Position numbers and translations under genes: made by a program. From Eledone cirrhosa (lineage: Eukaryota): a stretch of 64,000 nt of DNA. This document shows positions 13,690 to 27,622 of this stretch, one piece after another. The DNA lies in assembly GCA_964016885.1 (NCBI GenBank), contig OZ024742.1:255564001-255628000 (forward strand), written 5' to 3'. Positions within the stretch are counted from its first letter, which is position 1, and every line of letters starts with the position of its first letter. Below the pieces are notes generated by a model that saw nothing but the letters and a program-made list of their open reading frames with translations, was not told where the DNA came from and did not search any database.

Positions 13690-13870
13690 GATTGGCAGTA
13701 TCGATAGAGCCTCAGACACCATGCTTTGCAGCATAGTTATGGCCCCTTATGTTCTGAGTTCAAATCCCGCCGAGGTTAACTTTGCCTTGCATCCTTACAG
13801 GATTGATAAAATAAAGTACCAGTAATGCACTGAGTAATGCTGACCTTGTGCCAAGTGTAGAAACAATTAT
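13690..13870 (+). mobile_element. Family A SINE
   Basis: GATTGGCAGTATCG...GAGTTCAAATCCCGCCGAGGTTAAC...GTAGAAACAATTATT. Confidence 0.85.
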
Positions 13871-14107
13871 TATTATTATTATTTCCATCATTATTTTTAT
13901 TGCGCATCATTAATGCTTTATTGAGAACACTTCTGTGCGCCTTGGGTGTGAGCACTAGTTTTTGCTGATTTGTTTCTATTGTATTGATGGTACTTTTCGT
14001 AATATGTGTGCAGTGCCTAGTAGTACTAAGTGCTGGGTGTTGATTATGTATTTGTCTGTATGTGTTTTTTAACATTCACAGAGAACCTATTATTATAAGT
14101 ATTATAA

Positions 14108-17100
14108 TTTCTTCAGACGTCTAGAGACCTTTCTGGGAACGTCCCGCTCTTTAGTGTTAGTGGGCGACTGGAACGGTATCTTAGATGCACGCTGGGATTG
14201 TGTGGGGCTAGGGGATAAGGGAGGAGGGTGCAAGAGCTTCATCAACCTGCTCAGACGTTTTGAACTGTCTGACATGTATCGACTGGATCACCCGAATGTG
14301 CCGATGTGGACATGGACAAACCGCATCGCATCATCCAGATCGTATCTAGATAGGATATTCTGCAGGGAACTAGATAAGGCTAGTATAGGTTGTCCACATT
14401 TTAAAATAGTCGACTACACGGACCACAAATTTGTGATCTGAGAGATCGACATAGACAGATTTCATAGACAAGTACCCGGTTACTGGAAGCTGAACGTGTC
14501 TTTCCCGGCGCGCAAAGCCTACAGAGACCGGATTAGCGTATTAGTTAAGCGGGAGCGGTCGTCAGCAACATGTGGTGGTTTGCCCTGAAAAGGGCAATTA
14601 AAGTAGAGTCGATTACTTTTAGCAAAGGAGTAGCGATATAGGAAAATAGAGTAGAGGGAGAGCTAGTCAGAAAGCTAGAAGAGGCGTTTAGGACAGGTAT
14701 AGCAACACGTGTGCTTGCGGCGAGATTGGTACTCGACCAATTCTTCAAGGCAAAACACGAAGGCTGCGTTGTCAGAGCTAGAGCGCGTGCTCTAAAACAC
14801 GAGGGGACGAAAGCAGTCCAATGGGCCCCTGTGGCAGAGGGGCGACGTGGCAACAAAACCAAAATTCGGTCTTTGTCTATCCAAAACGGGCACGTGTTGC
14901 TCGAACCCGAGCAGATGTCTGAAGCTATTTAGCAGCACTTTGCTGAACTGTTCGGGAGCAGCGGCGGGCCGGATCAGGGTATGGACTTCAGTGCATACCT
15001 CGAAGAACTGCCTCGAATCTCGACAACCGCAGCACAGTGTTGCGAAAAGCCAATAACAACCGGTGAAATACGGGAAGCGATGCCAAACTGCACGAGGGGT
15101 AAATCACCAAGTTTGGATGGTCTGCGCTACGAGCTTTATGCATTTATGCCAGACTATTCGGTGACCTCTTGGCAGATGTCTACTGAAACTGGCAGCAAAA
15201 CGGGAGCATTCCCAGTTTTGTGAGCCGGGGAGCGGTGGCGCTGCTGAGAAAAGACCCGAACAAGGGGGGGGGGGGTGTTATCGATAATTTCAGGCCCATA
15301 ACTCTGCTAAACGCAGAGTTCAAGAATTTGGCCAAGGTGTTAGCAACGAGGTTGGCGCTTGTCGTCAAGGATCTGGTGCGAGAGACGCAGGCATGCGCCA
15401 TTCCGGACAGATCCATACACGACAACCTCCACCTCATGCGATACGTCGTAGACAGGAGGGTTAAGGAACCTGGCACAGGTGGGGCCCTGATCAACTTGGA
15501 ACAATTCAAAGCATTCGATAGGGTCAACCATCGGTACATGGCGGCGGTCCTCGAGGCAGCGGGTTTCGGGCCCGTTTTCAGAGGTTGGATCGCTGCGATG
15601 TACAGCAACATCTGCTCGGTTGTGAGGGTGAATGCTCACCTGTCACAGCCGTTCAGCATCATGCGCTCAGTCCCCCAGGGTTGTTCACTCTCGTCCCTCT
15701 TGTACGTATTGGCTCTCGAGCCGTTACTTCACAAACTGGGGGCGATGAGGGGCGTCCCACGCAAAATAGGATGCGGGAAATCCACCGACGACGTCACCGT
15801 GGTGGTGTCGAGCACCAGACACGTCCATATACTCCGCACCGCTCTCAAGCAATACGAAGCGGTGACAGGAGCAAAGATAAACCAGGAAAAGTCGGTTGGC
15901 TTGCAGCTTGTCACCTGGAAAGGCAAGTCCATGCCGTCTGACAGCGTTGTGGGGCGTTGGACGGACGGACCGGTTAAATTGCTCGGCTCTGGTTCGGACC
16001 TGACCTCCAGATGGAGAAAATCTGGAGCGAGGTGACGAGCAGGGTGGGCTCCCTCTCCCAGAAATGTGCTGAGAGGAAGCTGTCCCTGAAAGGCCGGGCG
16101 GAGTAGGCGAATGCGTACATCGCATCCGTTATCTGTTACCCCCTCACCGACGTCCCTTGCCCCGGCCCAACTCTCACCGAAATGGGTCGCCTCCTCTACC
16201 GCTTTTTGTGGATGGGACGCGTTCCCATGGTCAGACGTTCCATTTGCTGTCAACACCCGTTTCGCGGAAAACTGGGCATGCCATGGCTGATGATGGGCAA
16301 ACAAGCGCTGAGGCTGCGACATCTCTGGTGCTTCCTTGACGATGAACAGGTGTGGTCGCCGTTCACTAGGCACGTTTTCCCACAGCTCATCTCCTTGACG
16401 GAGCCTCAGTGCTGGCTCAGGAAAAGACCGAGGGATAGCCCTTGGAAACTGGAATGTCTCACGGCGCTCACCGCCCTCTGCCAGCTGGGCACCAGTATCG
16501 GTTTAAAATCCACCTCGGCACTCTATAGAGGACTAGTGGAGGGGAAGAGCGACGACGTTCTCGGAGAGATCCTGGGCGTCGAAGAAGATCAGCTGTTTGC
16601 TCTCTTACGGAGAACTTTCAGCCCAGGGCCTATGGATAACTTCCAGAAATCCCTGGCCTGGCAGTGCTACCGAGGAACGTGCCGGTTCGAGATAAGCTCT
16701 ACAAGCACGGAAGTGCCGTCAGCCGAGCCTGTCAGCGATGCGCGCAGAGCGACGAAACCGTTGTGCACGCACTCGTTCAGTGCCCGAGCATTGCTGACTT
16801 GTGGAACTATGTCGAACAGTTGCTGTCACGTCTAGGACCGATCCAGTTATCGATTGAGTCCATTGTGCAGATGGTCTCCCCGTCTTCCTTCGAGGAGGAA
16901 GGGCAGGCAGTTTTCATCTGCCTGGTGGCCATGGCTAAAGAAACTGTGTGGTGGACAAAGGGTTAAAGACAGACACTTTCCTCTTCGGCGAATCCCTTAT
17001 TAACTTTTCCAAGTTTCACTTGAAGAGGAAAATCAGTACTGTCTTCTAGCAAGATTGTTGAAAGGTGGGTGAATGTAGCGAGAATGGTCCGAGTGAACGG

Positions 17101-17511
17101 GACCTCTCTGATTATACACTTGTAGTTTGAGGAATGGGGTAAATTGAGAGAGGGCGCGTGCTCTGGTGGTCAGGGTGGCGGTGGTCTTTTGTGTGGTTTT
17201 CGCCACGAGTAACCCTCGGAGGTTTCCCTCCTATTGGGGAATTTTTCATTGTTTGGATTTTCATTTTTATAGTTTATATATATATATATATGTTTCTATG
17301 CCTTTTTTCTTTTTCGTTTCTTATATAAATAATAAAAATATTTGCACGCACAAAACCCACATCGTACCGTCCTGTACCGTCCTGTACCGTCCTGTGCCGT
17401 CAGTAATGTTTTTGTTGATGTCAGCAGAAATGCCCATTTGTACCGCCCTGTATTGTCCTGTACTATCCTTAATGTCTACTTTGTGTAAACCCTTGTGGTT
17501 AAAAAAGAAAG
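14108..17511 (+). mobile_element. 5'-truncated Tx1/L1-clade LINE (APE endonuclease C-terminal part, RT, CCHC zinc knuckle); inactivated
   Basis: LVGDWNGILD...TWT...SYLDRIF...TDHK; KSPSLDGL; NFRPITLLN; KAFDRVNH; QGCSLS; STDD; CQRCAQSDETVVHALVQC; multiple stops and frameshifts; GC-rich island. Confidence 0.92.
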
Positions 17512-17523
17512 CATTGTTGTTGC

Positions 17524-17558
<35 letters not shown>

Positions 17559-17561
17559 TTG

Positions 17562-19527
17562 TTCTTTGAGTCTCAGTCATGGATGTTGGTTAATTGGAAA
17601 GTTTGTTGAAATGAATATCATGTCACTACCTGCAGCCTCAGATATTCAGGACGTATCGGAGGTTTCTTGCTGTTCCCAGCAAGCATGCCTTTTGAAGTGT
17701 TCCAAAAAGCGGGGCTGTACTAATTTTCATTAACCATCATTGGAAGCTCTTTGACATAGTACCTAGTTCGCCTATGACAATCGGGACCACTTTGACTTCA
17801 TGGCAGTTCCAAATCCTTTTTACCTCCCACTTTAAGTCCTGGTATCGGTTAATTTTCTCCTCTCCTTCTCTTGCACTCTCGTGTCGAACGGGCAGGCTAC
17901 ATCTACAATCAGGCACGATCATTTTTCCTTGTCCAAAACCATCAGGTCAGGTCTACTGTGTTCCAGTTTCTTGTCCGTCTGTATCCTAAAATCCCACAGC
18001 ACCTCCACCTGTTCGTTTTCTATCACCGACTCTGGCTTATGCTCATACCACTTCTCAGAGTGTGATAAATTGTTTACTTTGCATAGGTGCCAGTGGATCA
18101 CCCTGCCCATCACATCATGTCTCCAGCCTTTATAGTGAGTCTGGGCTAGGTGTTTACACTCGGATACAATGTGAGCCATTGTCTCCTCTCTCTCTCTCTC
18201 CACAGATCCTGCATAGTGGGCTAGCCTCCTCCTTGTAAATATGGTGTTTCAACCACTTCGTTTTGAGGGCCTGCTCTTGCTCAGCCATTAGCATTTCTTC
18301 TGTAGCCTTTTTAAGGTCTCCTCTTTTCAACCAGTTCCATGTCTGTGGATCTCTAAATTCGGTTTTCTCAAAGAAGGTACTATGAAGGGACTTTTCATGA
18401 AGGTTGCTCTTTCTCCTTGTTGTTATTTCCTCCTTGGACATCCCCTGGTCTATTGTCCTCTTCTTCATTACAATTCTGAGCATTGGCTCCCTACTATCAG
18501 CCACGTATTTGTGTAGGTTGTTTTTCGCCATCTGAACACAGTCTTCTATGCTGATAAGACCTCTTCCACCTTCAGATCTCCTTAAGTAGAGTCTATCGAC
18601 ATCACTCCTTTTGTGGAACATGTTGTTGATAGTCAATAGCTTCCTAGTCTTCCTATCCATTTCTTTTTGTTCAGCAACATTCCATCTCAGAATTCCCGCA
18701 CTGTACCTAATAATAGACACAGCTCGGGAATTTACTGCACTTATGCATTCCTACTGTTCAGATGTGATTTTAATACGCTCCTTACTCTCCGAATGTATTC
18801 AGACCTTATCAATTCCTTCATTTTTTTGTTCTTGATGTCATCAGCCTCCAGAACACCCAAATACTTGTATCCTTCTTCAGTGTCAATTTCCTTTATCATC
18901 TTACCTGTTGGTACCTGGATTCCGTTGCTTCTTCTCAATTTACCCCTCTTCATCACAAGGACTCCGCACTTACTAATACCAAATTGCATATATATATCAT
19001 TGCTGAAAATACGGACAGCGTCAACAAGAACATCCAACTCCTTCTCACTCTTCCCGAAGAGCTTAAGATCGTCCATGAAGAGGAGGTGATTGATGGTAAG
19101 CTCTCCCTTTCCCAACTTGTATCCTGCTCTCACTTTTCGCAGTATAATGGTCAGGGGCATCAGGGTAAGGACAAACAACAGAGGGGACAGACTATCTCCC
19201 TGGAAAGTACCTCTCTTGATCTTCACGCCTCCCAAGGATTCTCCAGATGATGTTAACTCTGTTTTCCAGGACTTCATACTTTTGCTCAACAACTGTCTGA
19301 TGTTATCTGCCACCCTGAAGATCTCTAGGCTTTTGGTGATCCAGGAATGAGGCACCATATCCATCCCATGGCAAGACCAGTGTGTCTCCTCTTGCAATTC
19401 CTCATTACCATCTTATCAATAAGTAACTGGTCCTTTGTACCACGGGTCTTCTTTCGGCATCCTTTCTGTTCGTCCGGTAACAAGTTGTTTGTGTGCAGGT
19501 GATGGTAGATTTCCTTAGACACAATGC

Positions 19528-19531
<4 letters not shown>
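17562..19531 (-). mobile_element. 5'-truncated R4/Dong-clade (RLE-type) LINE inserted in (TAA)n
   Basis: [66 protein letters not shown]...HIVSEC, RHD, RPDL, LQKACLLGTAR* (stop 17638-17640); (TTA)n on both flanks. Confidence 0.92.
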
Positions 19532-19598
<67 letters not shown>

Positions 19599-20489
19599 GT
19601 TATCCCACTCCTCCACCCTCCCCTCATAACCATCGTCAATGTTATCATCATTATGGTAATCTTTTTCCAAAAATCAACTAATGAAGCTAGGCTAGGTTTG
19701 AGATAATTTTAAAAATATCTGCGGGCAAAACTATCTTGACAAATTGCTGTAAACATTATGACAACTTAAGTACTCATTTGGCAGTGGTACGCCTGGATAT
19801 TCTCCTGTTTTTCTCGGATATTGCGTTATTTCTGTGAATTGTGTGACTATTACTGGCAATATATCCATATTCGACGCTGTCACTCACAAATTACATATCT
19901 CTATCTCTATGTATATGCAGCGAATGCAAAAAAAAGGAGATATTAGCAATCTATGCACACATCCACTCATCCACACCTACGCCATAATATCCACTCATAT
20001 ATGTATGTAAGTACTTAGTTGTACGTGTGTGTGTAAGTTCAAACTTTGTATGTATATCTGTATTTCTGTATCTATGTAAGTATGTACATGTGTATGTGTG
20101 TAAGTACGAACTTGTGTATGTATGTACTTATGCATGTGCCTATGTATGTATATATGTATTTGTGAGTATATGTATTTGTGTATGCATGTAGGTACGTATA
20201 TGTGTATGCATGTATACATAAATGTATATGTGTATGTGTGCATGTATGAATATAGATATGTGTATGTATGCAAGTGTGTATGCAAGTGTGTATGCATCTA
20301 TGTGTGCAATATGTATGTATGCATCAATAAGTGTATCTATGTATGTATATCTATGTGTATCTATGTATGCGACTACTTATGAAGGTATGTGAGTGTATAT
20401 TAGTAAACAACCAGCGATAATAAAGTCAGAAAATAGGTTAAAGAAACAAAGTACAGAGAGATTGAAGAATTGTGTCTGGTAGGGAGAAA

Positions 20490-20602
20490 CTATTTTCTCC
20501 AGCTGAGTTGACTGGGGCTAAGTAAAATAGTATCTGGCTCAAAGTCACAACGCACCAATGAAAATCGAACTCATGACATTACGATTGCGAGACTAACATC
20601 AT
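20490..20602 (-). mobile_element. Fragment of tRNA/CORE-like SINE (family C)
   Basis: Minus strand GGCGCTTGGTGTAGTGGTTATG...GAGTTCGATT...GTTGTGACTTTGAGCC...CAGTCAACTCAGCTG, similar to 44775-45047. Confidence 0.6.
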
Positions 20603-22033
20603 AACCACTACACCAAGCGCCGTCATAAATGTATGAATTTCTTAAAGACGGAAAGACTATGGCTATCGAAAATGGAATTGATATCCCGACTGAAAAAGAT
20701 TGGTATATACATCGTATTTGATATAAACGTGATTTCTTAACTCTATTAATTACATGAAATGACTTTTCTACTTAGTGGAACATTAATTGTTGCTGTCAGG
20801 AATCGGAATACGCTTTCTGTTACTGTCAATTAAGCTTGATAAATAAAGACATTGAATATAAGGAAGACAAGAGTATTATTGTTTGTTTCCAGTATAATAC
20901 ACTTCTATTTGATTTATAACTAATTATTTCGTCTGATGTGCAGCCATGTGTCTTAATAGGATGGGTGTTGTGCTAAATGACAAGAAGACCATAAGTTCGT
21001 CCAGCTCATTCAGTTGGACAATAGGAGTTGCAACGAAACTAGGATCAACTGGTGGACAACATCGTGTATTATTTATATAGAGTGTATATAGTGTATGAGT
21101 ATATATAGAGAGATAATGTATATATTCTATAAATGAGCTGTCATGACACTAGAGGCCAGCTGTATAGGCTTTTGTCTTTCTTTTGAAAAACATCGTATAT
21201 AGTGTGTATATATAGTGTATATATATGTGAATATGTGAATATATAGTGTATATATGAGTTGTGACGTTACAGGCTCAACGTTATACCACCCTGGTCTTAA
21301 ACGTTCCCTTGGTCAACATCGGCAGTGTGGAGAGGGGTAACTGACATGCATGAGTGACAGCTTGGCCATGCCTGCACCTTAGGGAGGAACTTTACAAGTG
21401 TAAATCTAAGATCAATCATGACCATAAGGCCATCATTGTTTCTTCGCTTTCTCTTTATTACTTTCCCCTTTCCTATACAACATTATTAGTTATAGGATAT
21501 ATTCCATTTTGTCTGAAACGTTTCTAAGAAAAAAGACGGCAAGTTTTAGAATAGTTTACAGGAGAACTATACTATTTCAAGAAAGAAAAGGAACAGAGCA
21601 GATGGTCAGATCAAACCAAGTAAACAATGTTTGCCGCAATCTTTCCTTGGCAAAAACTCCTGGCGAAAGGGGGCGGTATTTGAAATCAGAACGCACAGTA
21701 CAGGATCAGATACCATAACGCATCCTGCCTAACGCTTTAACAACTTCACGAACCCACTAACAGCTGAATAGGTACTTTCAAAGAGATGAATGGCAAAGTT
21801 GACCTCGGCGGGCGCAGACAGCCATGTAAAACACCGAGACATTAATTCAAAGCTCTAGTATTTCAAATTTCCAAGAAAACGTTTTGTGCTCTCCCTCACA
21901 TTCCCTCTCGCTCTCTCGTCCCTCTCTCTCTCACACACACATACACACACACACACACACACGCATATATATATATATATAATAAAATAATTAAGTCAAA
22001 TATTTAAAATGTGGCTTCGTTTATTAAAGGGGA

Positions 22034-22088
22034 ACTGCTATATATATTTCGGTGACAGCTATCTTTGGCTGCGACCTCTTCAGGCAGT
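22034..22088 (-). ncRNA. Minimal type I hammerhead ribozyme with canonical core
   Basis: ACTGC-CTGAAGA-GGTCGCAGC-caaagata-GCTGTCACC-GAAA-T-ATAT-A-TA-GCAGT. Confidence 0.85.
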
Positions 22089-23239
22089 CCGAATTGGTGT
22101 GGTAGAGACGGGTACACATGTTGTTGAAGTGTTTAACTCCGTCAATACTCCGATATGCCCAGTTCCTGGTTGCGTTGTTATTTCTCCGAGCAACTGGAAT
22201 CATATGAATTCGAACAAACGAATTTCGGCGTCAAAAGACACTCTCTCCTCCCATTGGTCAGTTGTGAGAACATTCCTCAGTTAAAAGTCTATAGAAATTT
22301 TTTCTGATGCAAGGCAATCTGTTGTGGTTGTTTTTGTTAAGTACAGCTGATCTCCTACCTTGTGTTGGTAGTAGTGTTGTTGTTAGGGGTCATTAACCAG
22401 GTCAGCTTTAGTTCGGCTGCTGCTATTTTTAGAAGAATTTGTGTGTGTGTTGGCATCTATCCTGCCACCATTTCTCATGATGGGGTGGGGTGCCAAACAG
22501 ATGAAAAAATAAGATAAAATAAAATGGAGAAATAAAAGAATATAAGTCAATAAAATGAATAAAATAAAATATATATATAAAAAAAAAATCAATAAACAAA
22601 AAAATAATAAAATAGTAAAAAGAATAAGATAATAAAATAATTAAATAAAATTCTCAAAGTTTGAAAGATTTGGAAGATATTGACCGAAGTAGAAAGGCTG
22701 TGTCAGAATCAAGAAGTGCAGAGGATCACAATCTTTACACTATCATGATGTGGTGCGTTTTAAGAGCAAATGAGACAAAGGTGGAGTGTAAAACACCAGA
22801 ACCCGAGTGGTAAAATCCGGAAATGCAGAGGACTACAGGTCCTATTTCGGCATAGAGTACATATGCGTGTATGTCAACTCACATCGTTCCAAGCACACAT
22901 GTACAGGCACATGCCCAGGTGCATCCCCATATGCACACACACACACACACACACGCACACACACTACACGCACACACAACCACATGCACACACATACACA
23001 CACCCTCACACACACATGTAAGTATCTGTGCATGTACAATCTTAAATAACAGTATCTATGTATGGACATATGCATACGTATGTGTTGTCACAGGAGTCGA
23101 TCGAGGCAACCGCAAGGTACGTAGAGGGACTGATGGAGGAACATCCCATTGTAGAGCTCCCAGCGGGGGCAACAACCACCCCACAGATTCGGGCCGGGAA
23201 GTTAGCAAAACACATATAGCCCAAAAGGGAAGCAGCAAT

Positions 23240-24122
23240 GCGGGAATCACTAGCAACCCAACAACTCCCCAACAGCCCACGGCACGCTCAACCCACCCAC
23301 ATAGGAGTAGACGCATAACAATCACGTGGTACAACCCACCCTACTCAGCGGCCCTAAAGAACAGCTTAGCCCGCTCATTCTTTAGAGCACTAGATAAATG
23401 CTTCCCGAAAGACCATAGATACCACAAGATCTTCAACAGACACACTGTGAAGCTCTCGTATTCTACCACGCGAAATGTGGCCCAACAACAATAGGGGTAG
23501 ACTTAAAAACCAAACACAACCAGAAGCTTGCAATATAAGCACCCAGCATAACCATGTGGAGGGAAAGAAGGGTGGACCCAGTGCCCACCGTGGAGACCCA
23601 AACAGACCCAGGGATCTCCCACCAGACCCGGGGGAAGACCGCCATATAATACGTAACGGGAACCCCACACTAAGCACGCGGAGGTCGACCACCTCCTGCA
23701 ACTGCAGAAACCCCGAATTATGCCCCCTTAGTAATGAATGCCTTAGGAAGAACATAATATATGGATGTAGAGTAAACACCCCCAACTCTGAACACCTTTA
23801 CATAGGAGCCACACCAACGAGCGTTAAAGACCGATGGTATAACCATCGCCATTCCTTTAATAGGGAGGACAAAAGGAAAAGTACGGCTCTTTCCGAACTT
23901 ATCTGGAAGCTCAAGCTGGACAGGACTCCGTACTCTCTGGCCTGGTCCCAAATCAGGAAAGTACCACCTTATAAAGGTGGATCTGGCATCTGCAAACTAT
24001 GTCTGAGCGAGACCCTCGAGATACTCAGAGGTAGAAGCAGCCTGATAAATCTCAGGACTGACTTCTTCGAGACATGTAGACGCCTCAGGGCCGGGACCTT
24101 CCTCAAGATATATGGACAATAA
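23240..24122 (+). pseudogene. PLE RT thumb plus GIY-YIG endonuclease (frameshifted near 23490)
   Basis: CNCRNPELCPLSNEC, IIYGC...LYIGAT...KDRWYNHRHSF...STALSELIWKLK...CKLCLSE...LINLRTDFFETC. Confidence 0.9.
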
Positions 24123-25257
24123 CAACACATTGGGAGAGGAACTTCCCTCTAGCTATAAGGACAGCATCCCCACCACACCGAGCCCACGGTAAAACCCCCT
24201 GCACAGTCATCACCCCTACCCCTGCCTCGATCGACTCCTGTGACAACACATACTTATGCATATGTCCATACATAGATAGGTGTGGGTGTTGGTTGATGTG
24301 GGTGTGGTGTGTGTGGGGGTGTATGTGGATGTGTGTGTGGGTTTATAATGTGTGTGTGTATGTGTGTGTATGTGTGTGTGTGTGTGTGTGTGTGCACAAG
24401 GGATGCACCTGGGCCTGTGCCTGTGCGTGTGTGCTTGGAACGAGGTGAGTTGACATACACGCATATGTACTCTATGCCGAAATAGGAACTGTAGTTCTCT
24501 GCATTTCCGGATTTTAACACTCGGGTTCGGGTGTTTTACATTCCACCCTTGTCTTATTTGCTCTTAAAGATTGTGATCCTTTGCACTTCTTGATTCTGAC
24601 ACAGCCTTTCTACTTCGGTCAATATCTTCCAAATCTTTCAAACTTTGAGATTGGTTATAACACACACGCATTTTATTTTATTATTTTATTTTACTCTTTT
24701 ATTATCTTATTCTTTTTACTATTTTATTATTTTTTTGTTATTTATTTATTTATTTATTTATTTTTTATTTTCTTTTTTATTTTCTTCATTTTATTGCCTT
24801 ATATTCTTTTATTTCTCCATTTTACTTTATCTTATTTCTTCATCTGTTTGGCACCCCACCCCACCATGAGAAATGGTGGCAGGATAGATGCCAACACACA
24901 CACAAATTCTTCTAAAAATAGCAGCAGCCGAACTAAAGCTGACCTGTCTAATGATCCCCTAACACCAACACCACTACCAACACTTGGGAGGAGGTCAGCT
25001 GTACTTAACAAAATCAACCACAACAGATTGTCCTGCCTCAGAAAAAATTTCTATAGACTTTTAACTGAGGAATGTTCTCACAACTGACAAAATGGGAGGA
25101 GAGAGTGTCTTTTCACGCCGAAATTCGTTTGTTCGAATTCATATGATTCTAGTTCCTCAGAGAAATAACAACACAACCAGGAACTGGGCATATCGAAGTA
25201 TTGACGGAGTTAAACACTTCAACAACATGTGTACCCGTCTCCACCACACAAAATCGG

Positions 25258-25312
25258 ACTGCCTGAAAAGGTCACAGCCAAGGATGGCTGTCACCGAAAT
25301 ATATATAGCAGT
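25258..25312 (+). ncRNA. Hammerhead motif in the 3' arm (G8A variant)
   Basis: ACTGC-CTGAAAA-GGTCACAGC...GCTGTCACC-GAAA-TATATA-TA-GCAGT. Confidence 0.8.
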
Positions 25313-26134
25313 ACACCTTTAATAAATGAAGCCACATTTTAAATATTTGACTTAATTATTTTATTTTACATTACTCTGGAGTAACCAATCCAACCTGCCC
25401 ACTTCGTCGAGTGCTCCAATCTGCATACTGAGTTGTCGGTAAACAACCAACATATACTAATAAAAAAAAAAAATATATATATATATATATATACAGCATG
25501 AGATACATGCAAGAGATGTTCGGTTTCTACTAAAACGCGTTCATGAATTAAGAAGGCCAGCGATTGTGAAGAAATACTTTATTATAATGAAATAGAGATG
25601 ATATTGAATAGTATAGCAGTGGAATACAGAACATAGAACAAATCCCCATGTGTAAAGTAGAATAGATTTCAATCGATTTCGACTTTGAGCTTTCCACTTG
25701 TTCGATCAACAGAACATCCTGCTCATGTAATTCATGTGTAAGTGGCTGAATACTCCACAGACACTCTTGCGTCTTGTAATGATTTAACAGAAAATATCTA
25801 AACACGAGTTTGTTAATTCAATTGTTTATAGTATTTTCTGAGGCAACCATATTGTTATTTTGTAATTTCAAAGATTATTTGCTTACAGTTTCATGTGGTC
25901 TGTTAGTTTAAATGTTTATAATATTTTACTGGTGGACATATAATAAAATTTGTAGTATTAGAGTTACAGATATATAACTTAATGTAATGCAGTCATTGAG
26001 ATATTGTGTACTGTTAAAAATGTCTTGCTAATAGTTTTTCATTTGGTTTATTAATTTCAATGTTTATAGAATATTTATTATAGAGTGATCGTTGTCAAAA
26101 CTGGTAGTATTAGATTAATGAGACTTTAATTAGT

Positions 26135-26522
26135 AATGGTTTCTGATTTAGGCACAAGGCTAACCATTTTGGAGGAGGGCAAAGGTGAGTAAATCGAACC
26201 AGTGCATTACTGGTACTTTGTTTTATCGACCCCGTAAAGATGAAAGGCAAAGCTAAACTTGGCGGGATTTGAACTCAGTCAATAAAGGGACATAACACAA
26301 TCCACAATAATCTGATACCATCAATTAGGCTAAATATAAATCTTTCTAGTTTTGGCACAAGGCCAGCAATTTCCCCAGTACATTACTGGTACTTTGTTTT
26401 ATCGACTCCGTAAGGGTGAAAGGAAAAGTTAACCTCGGCGGGATTTGAACTCAGTCAATAAAGGGACGTAACTCTATTCTGGAAAGCATGACGTCCGACT
26501 CTCTACCGATACTGCCAATCCA
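26135..26522 (-). mobile_element. Two family A SINEs
   Basis: Reverse-complement copies ~26135-26300 and ~26337-26522; the second is flanked by a GCTAAATATAA duplication. Confidence 0.85.
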
Positions 26523-26894
26523 TTTATGCTAAATATAATGATGGATCTATGTGGTTGTAAACTGACTCATAACATTCTATCTTGATTTAGCAAAAAAAAA
26601 ACCCAAACAATTTTCTTAATTCCAATGTTTATAGTGTCTCTACTTGTGAAGAAATTGATGCAAAGATATGTTGTTACATTAAAGAGTATATTTTTTTTAT
26701 TTGATGCAGTCACATTTCTGTTTTTTACTTTACAAGAGTGTATAGGTAATGTAGATCAATACGGTGCAGGGTTAACTGTAGTTATCGATGCCAAAATATG
26801 GCTCACTATTTCTCTTTATTTAATTCAGTCAAATTTTATGGATATCATCAAATTTTATGGATATCACTTGTTAAGATGTAAGAAATGAACTTTG

Positions 26895-27622
26895 GTGCTA
26901 TGATGGTGGCATGGTGGTATGTGATTGTGGTTGCATAGTGGTATGGTGGTGGTATGGTAGTATGGTAGCGTGGTGGTGTAGTTGTATTGTTGTGGCGTGG
27001 GGTGGGTGGTGATGTCTTGGAATAATGGTATGCTGGTGTTATAGTATGGTTGCATGTTGGCAAGGGTGTATAGTTGCTTGGCGGTATGGTGGTATGGTAT
27101 GGTGGTATGGTATGGTGGTATAATATTGTAGTAGCATGGTGATATGGTAGTGAGCCGGGGGTGTGATTGTATGGTGGTGTGGTGGTGTGATGATGGTATG
27201 GTAATCTGGTAGATTAGCAGTATGGTGCTATGTTACAATGATGGTGGTATGGTTCTATAGTGATGTGGGGGTGGTATGTTATGTTAATATAGTGATGTGG
27301 TGGTGTGATGGTTTGGTGGTATAGTCGTATGGTGGTATGGTGGTATAGCTGTATTGGTGGTATGATGGTATAATGGTATGGAGGTGTAGTGGTGTGGTGC
27401 AGTGGTGCTGTGGTGTGTGGTGGTAAGGTGGTGTGGTACTGTGGTAGTATGGTGGCATAGTGGTGGTGTAGTGATATGGTGGTATGGTGATATAGTGGTA
27501 TGCTGGTACGGTGGCGATGTGGAACAATGGTATGTTATTGATATAGAACCAAAGTGGTATGGTGTTGTGATGGTGCCGTGGTATGGTTGAATAGTGGTGT
27601 CGTGGTATGGTGGGTGGTAGTA
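26895..27622. repeat. Degenerate (TGGTA)/(TGG)n low-complexity tract
   Basis: Direct inspection. Confidence 0.9.

Larger units (their letters stand above)
21981..25470 (+). mobile_element. 5'-truncated Naiad-type PLE with ~1.1-kb inverted arms (21981-23108 and 24222-25366) and a 3' tail
   Basis: Arms are reverse complements; spacer encodes TWYNPPYS...KIFNRHTVKLSYS and GIY-YIG; HHR in each arm; flanked by (TA)n. Confidence 0.92.
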
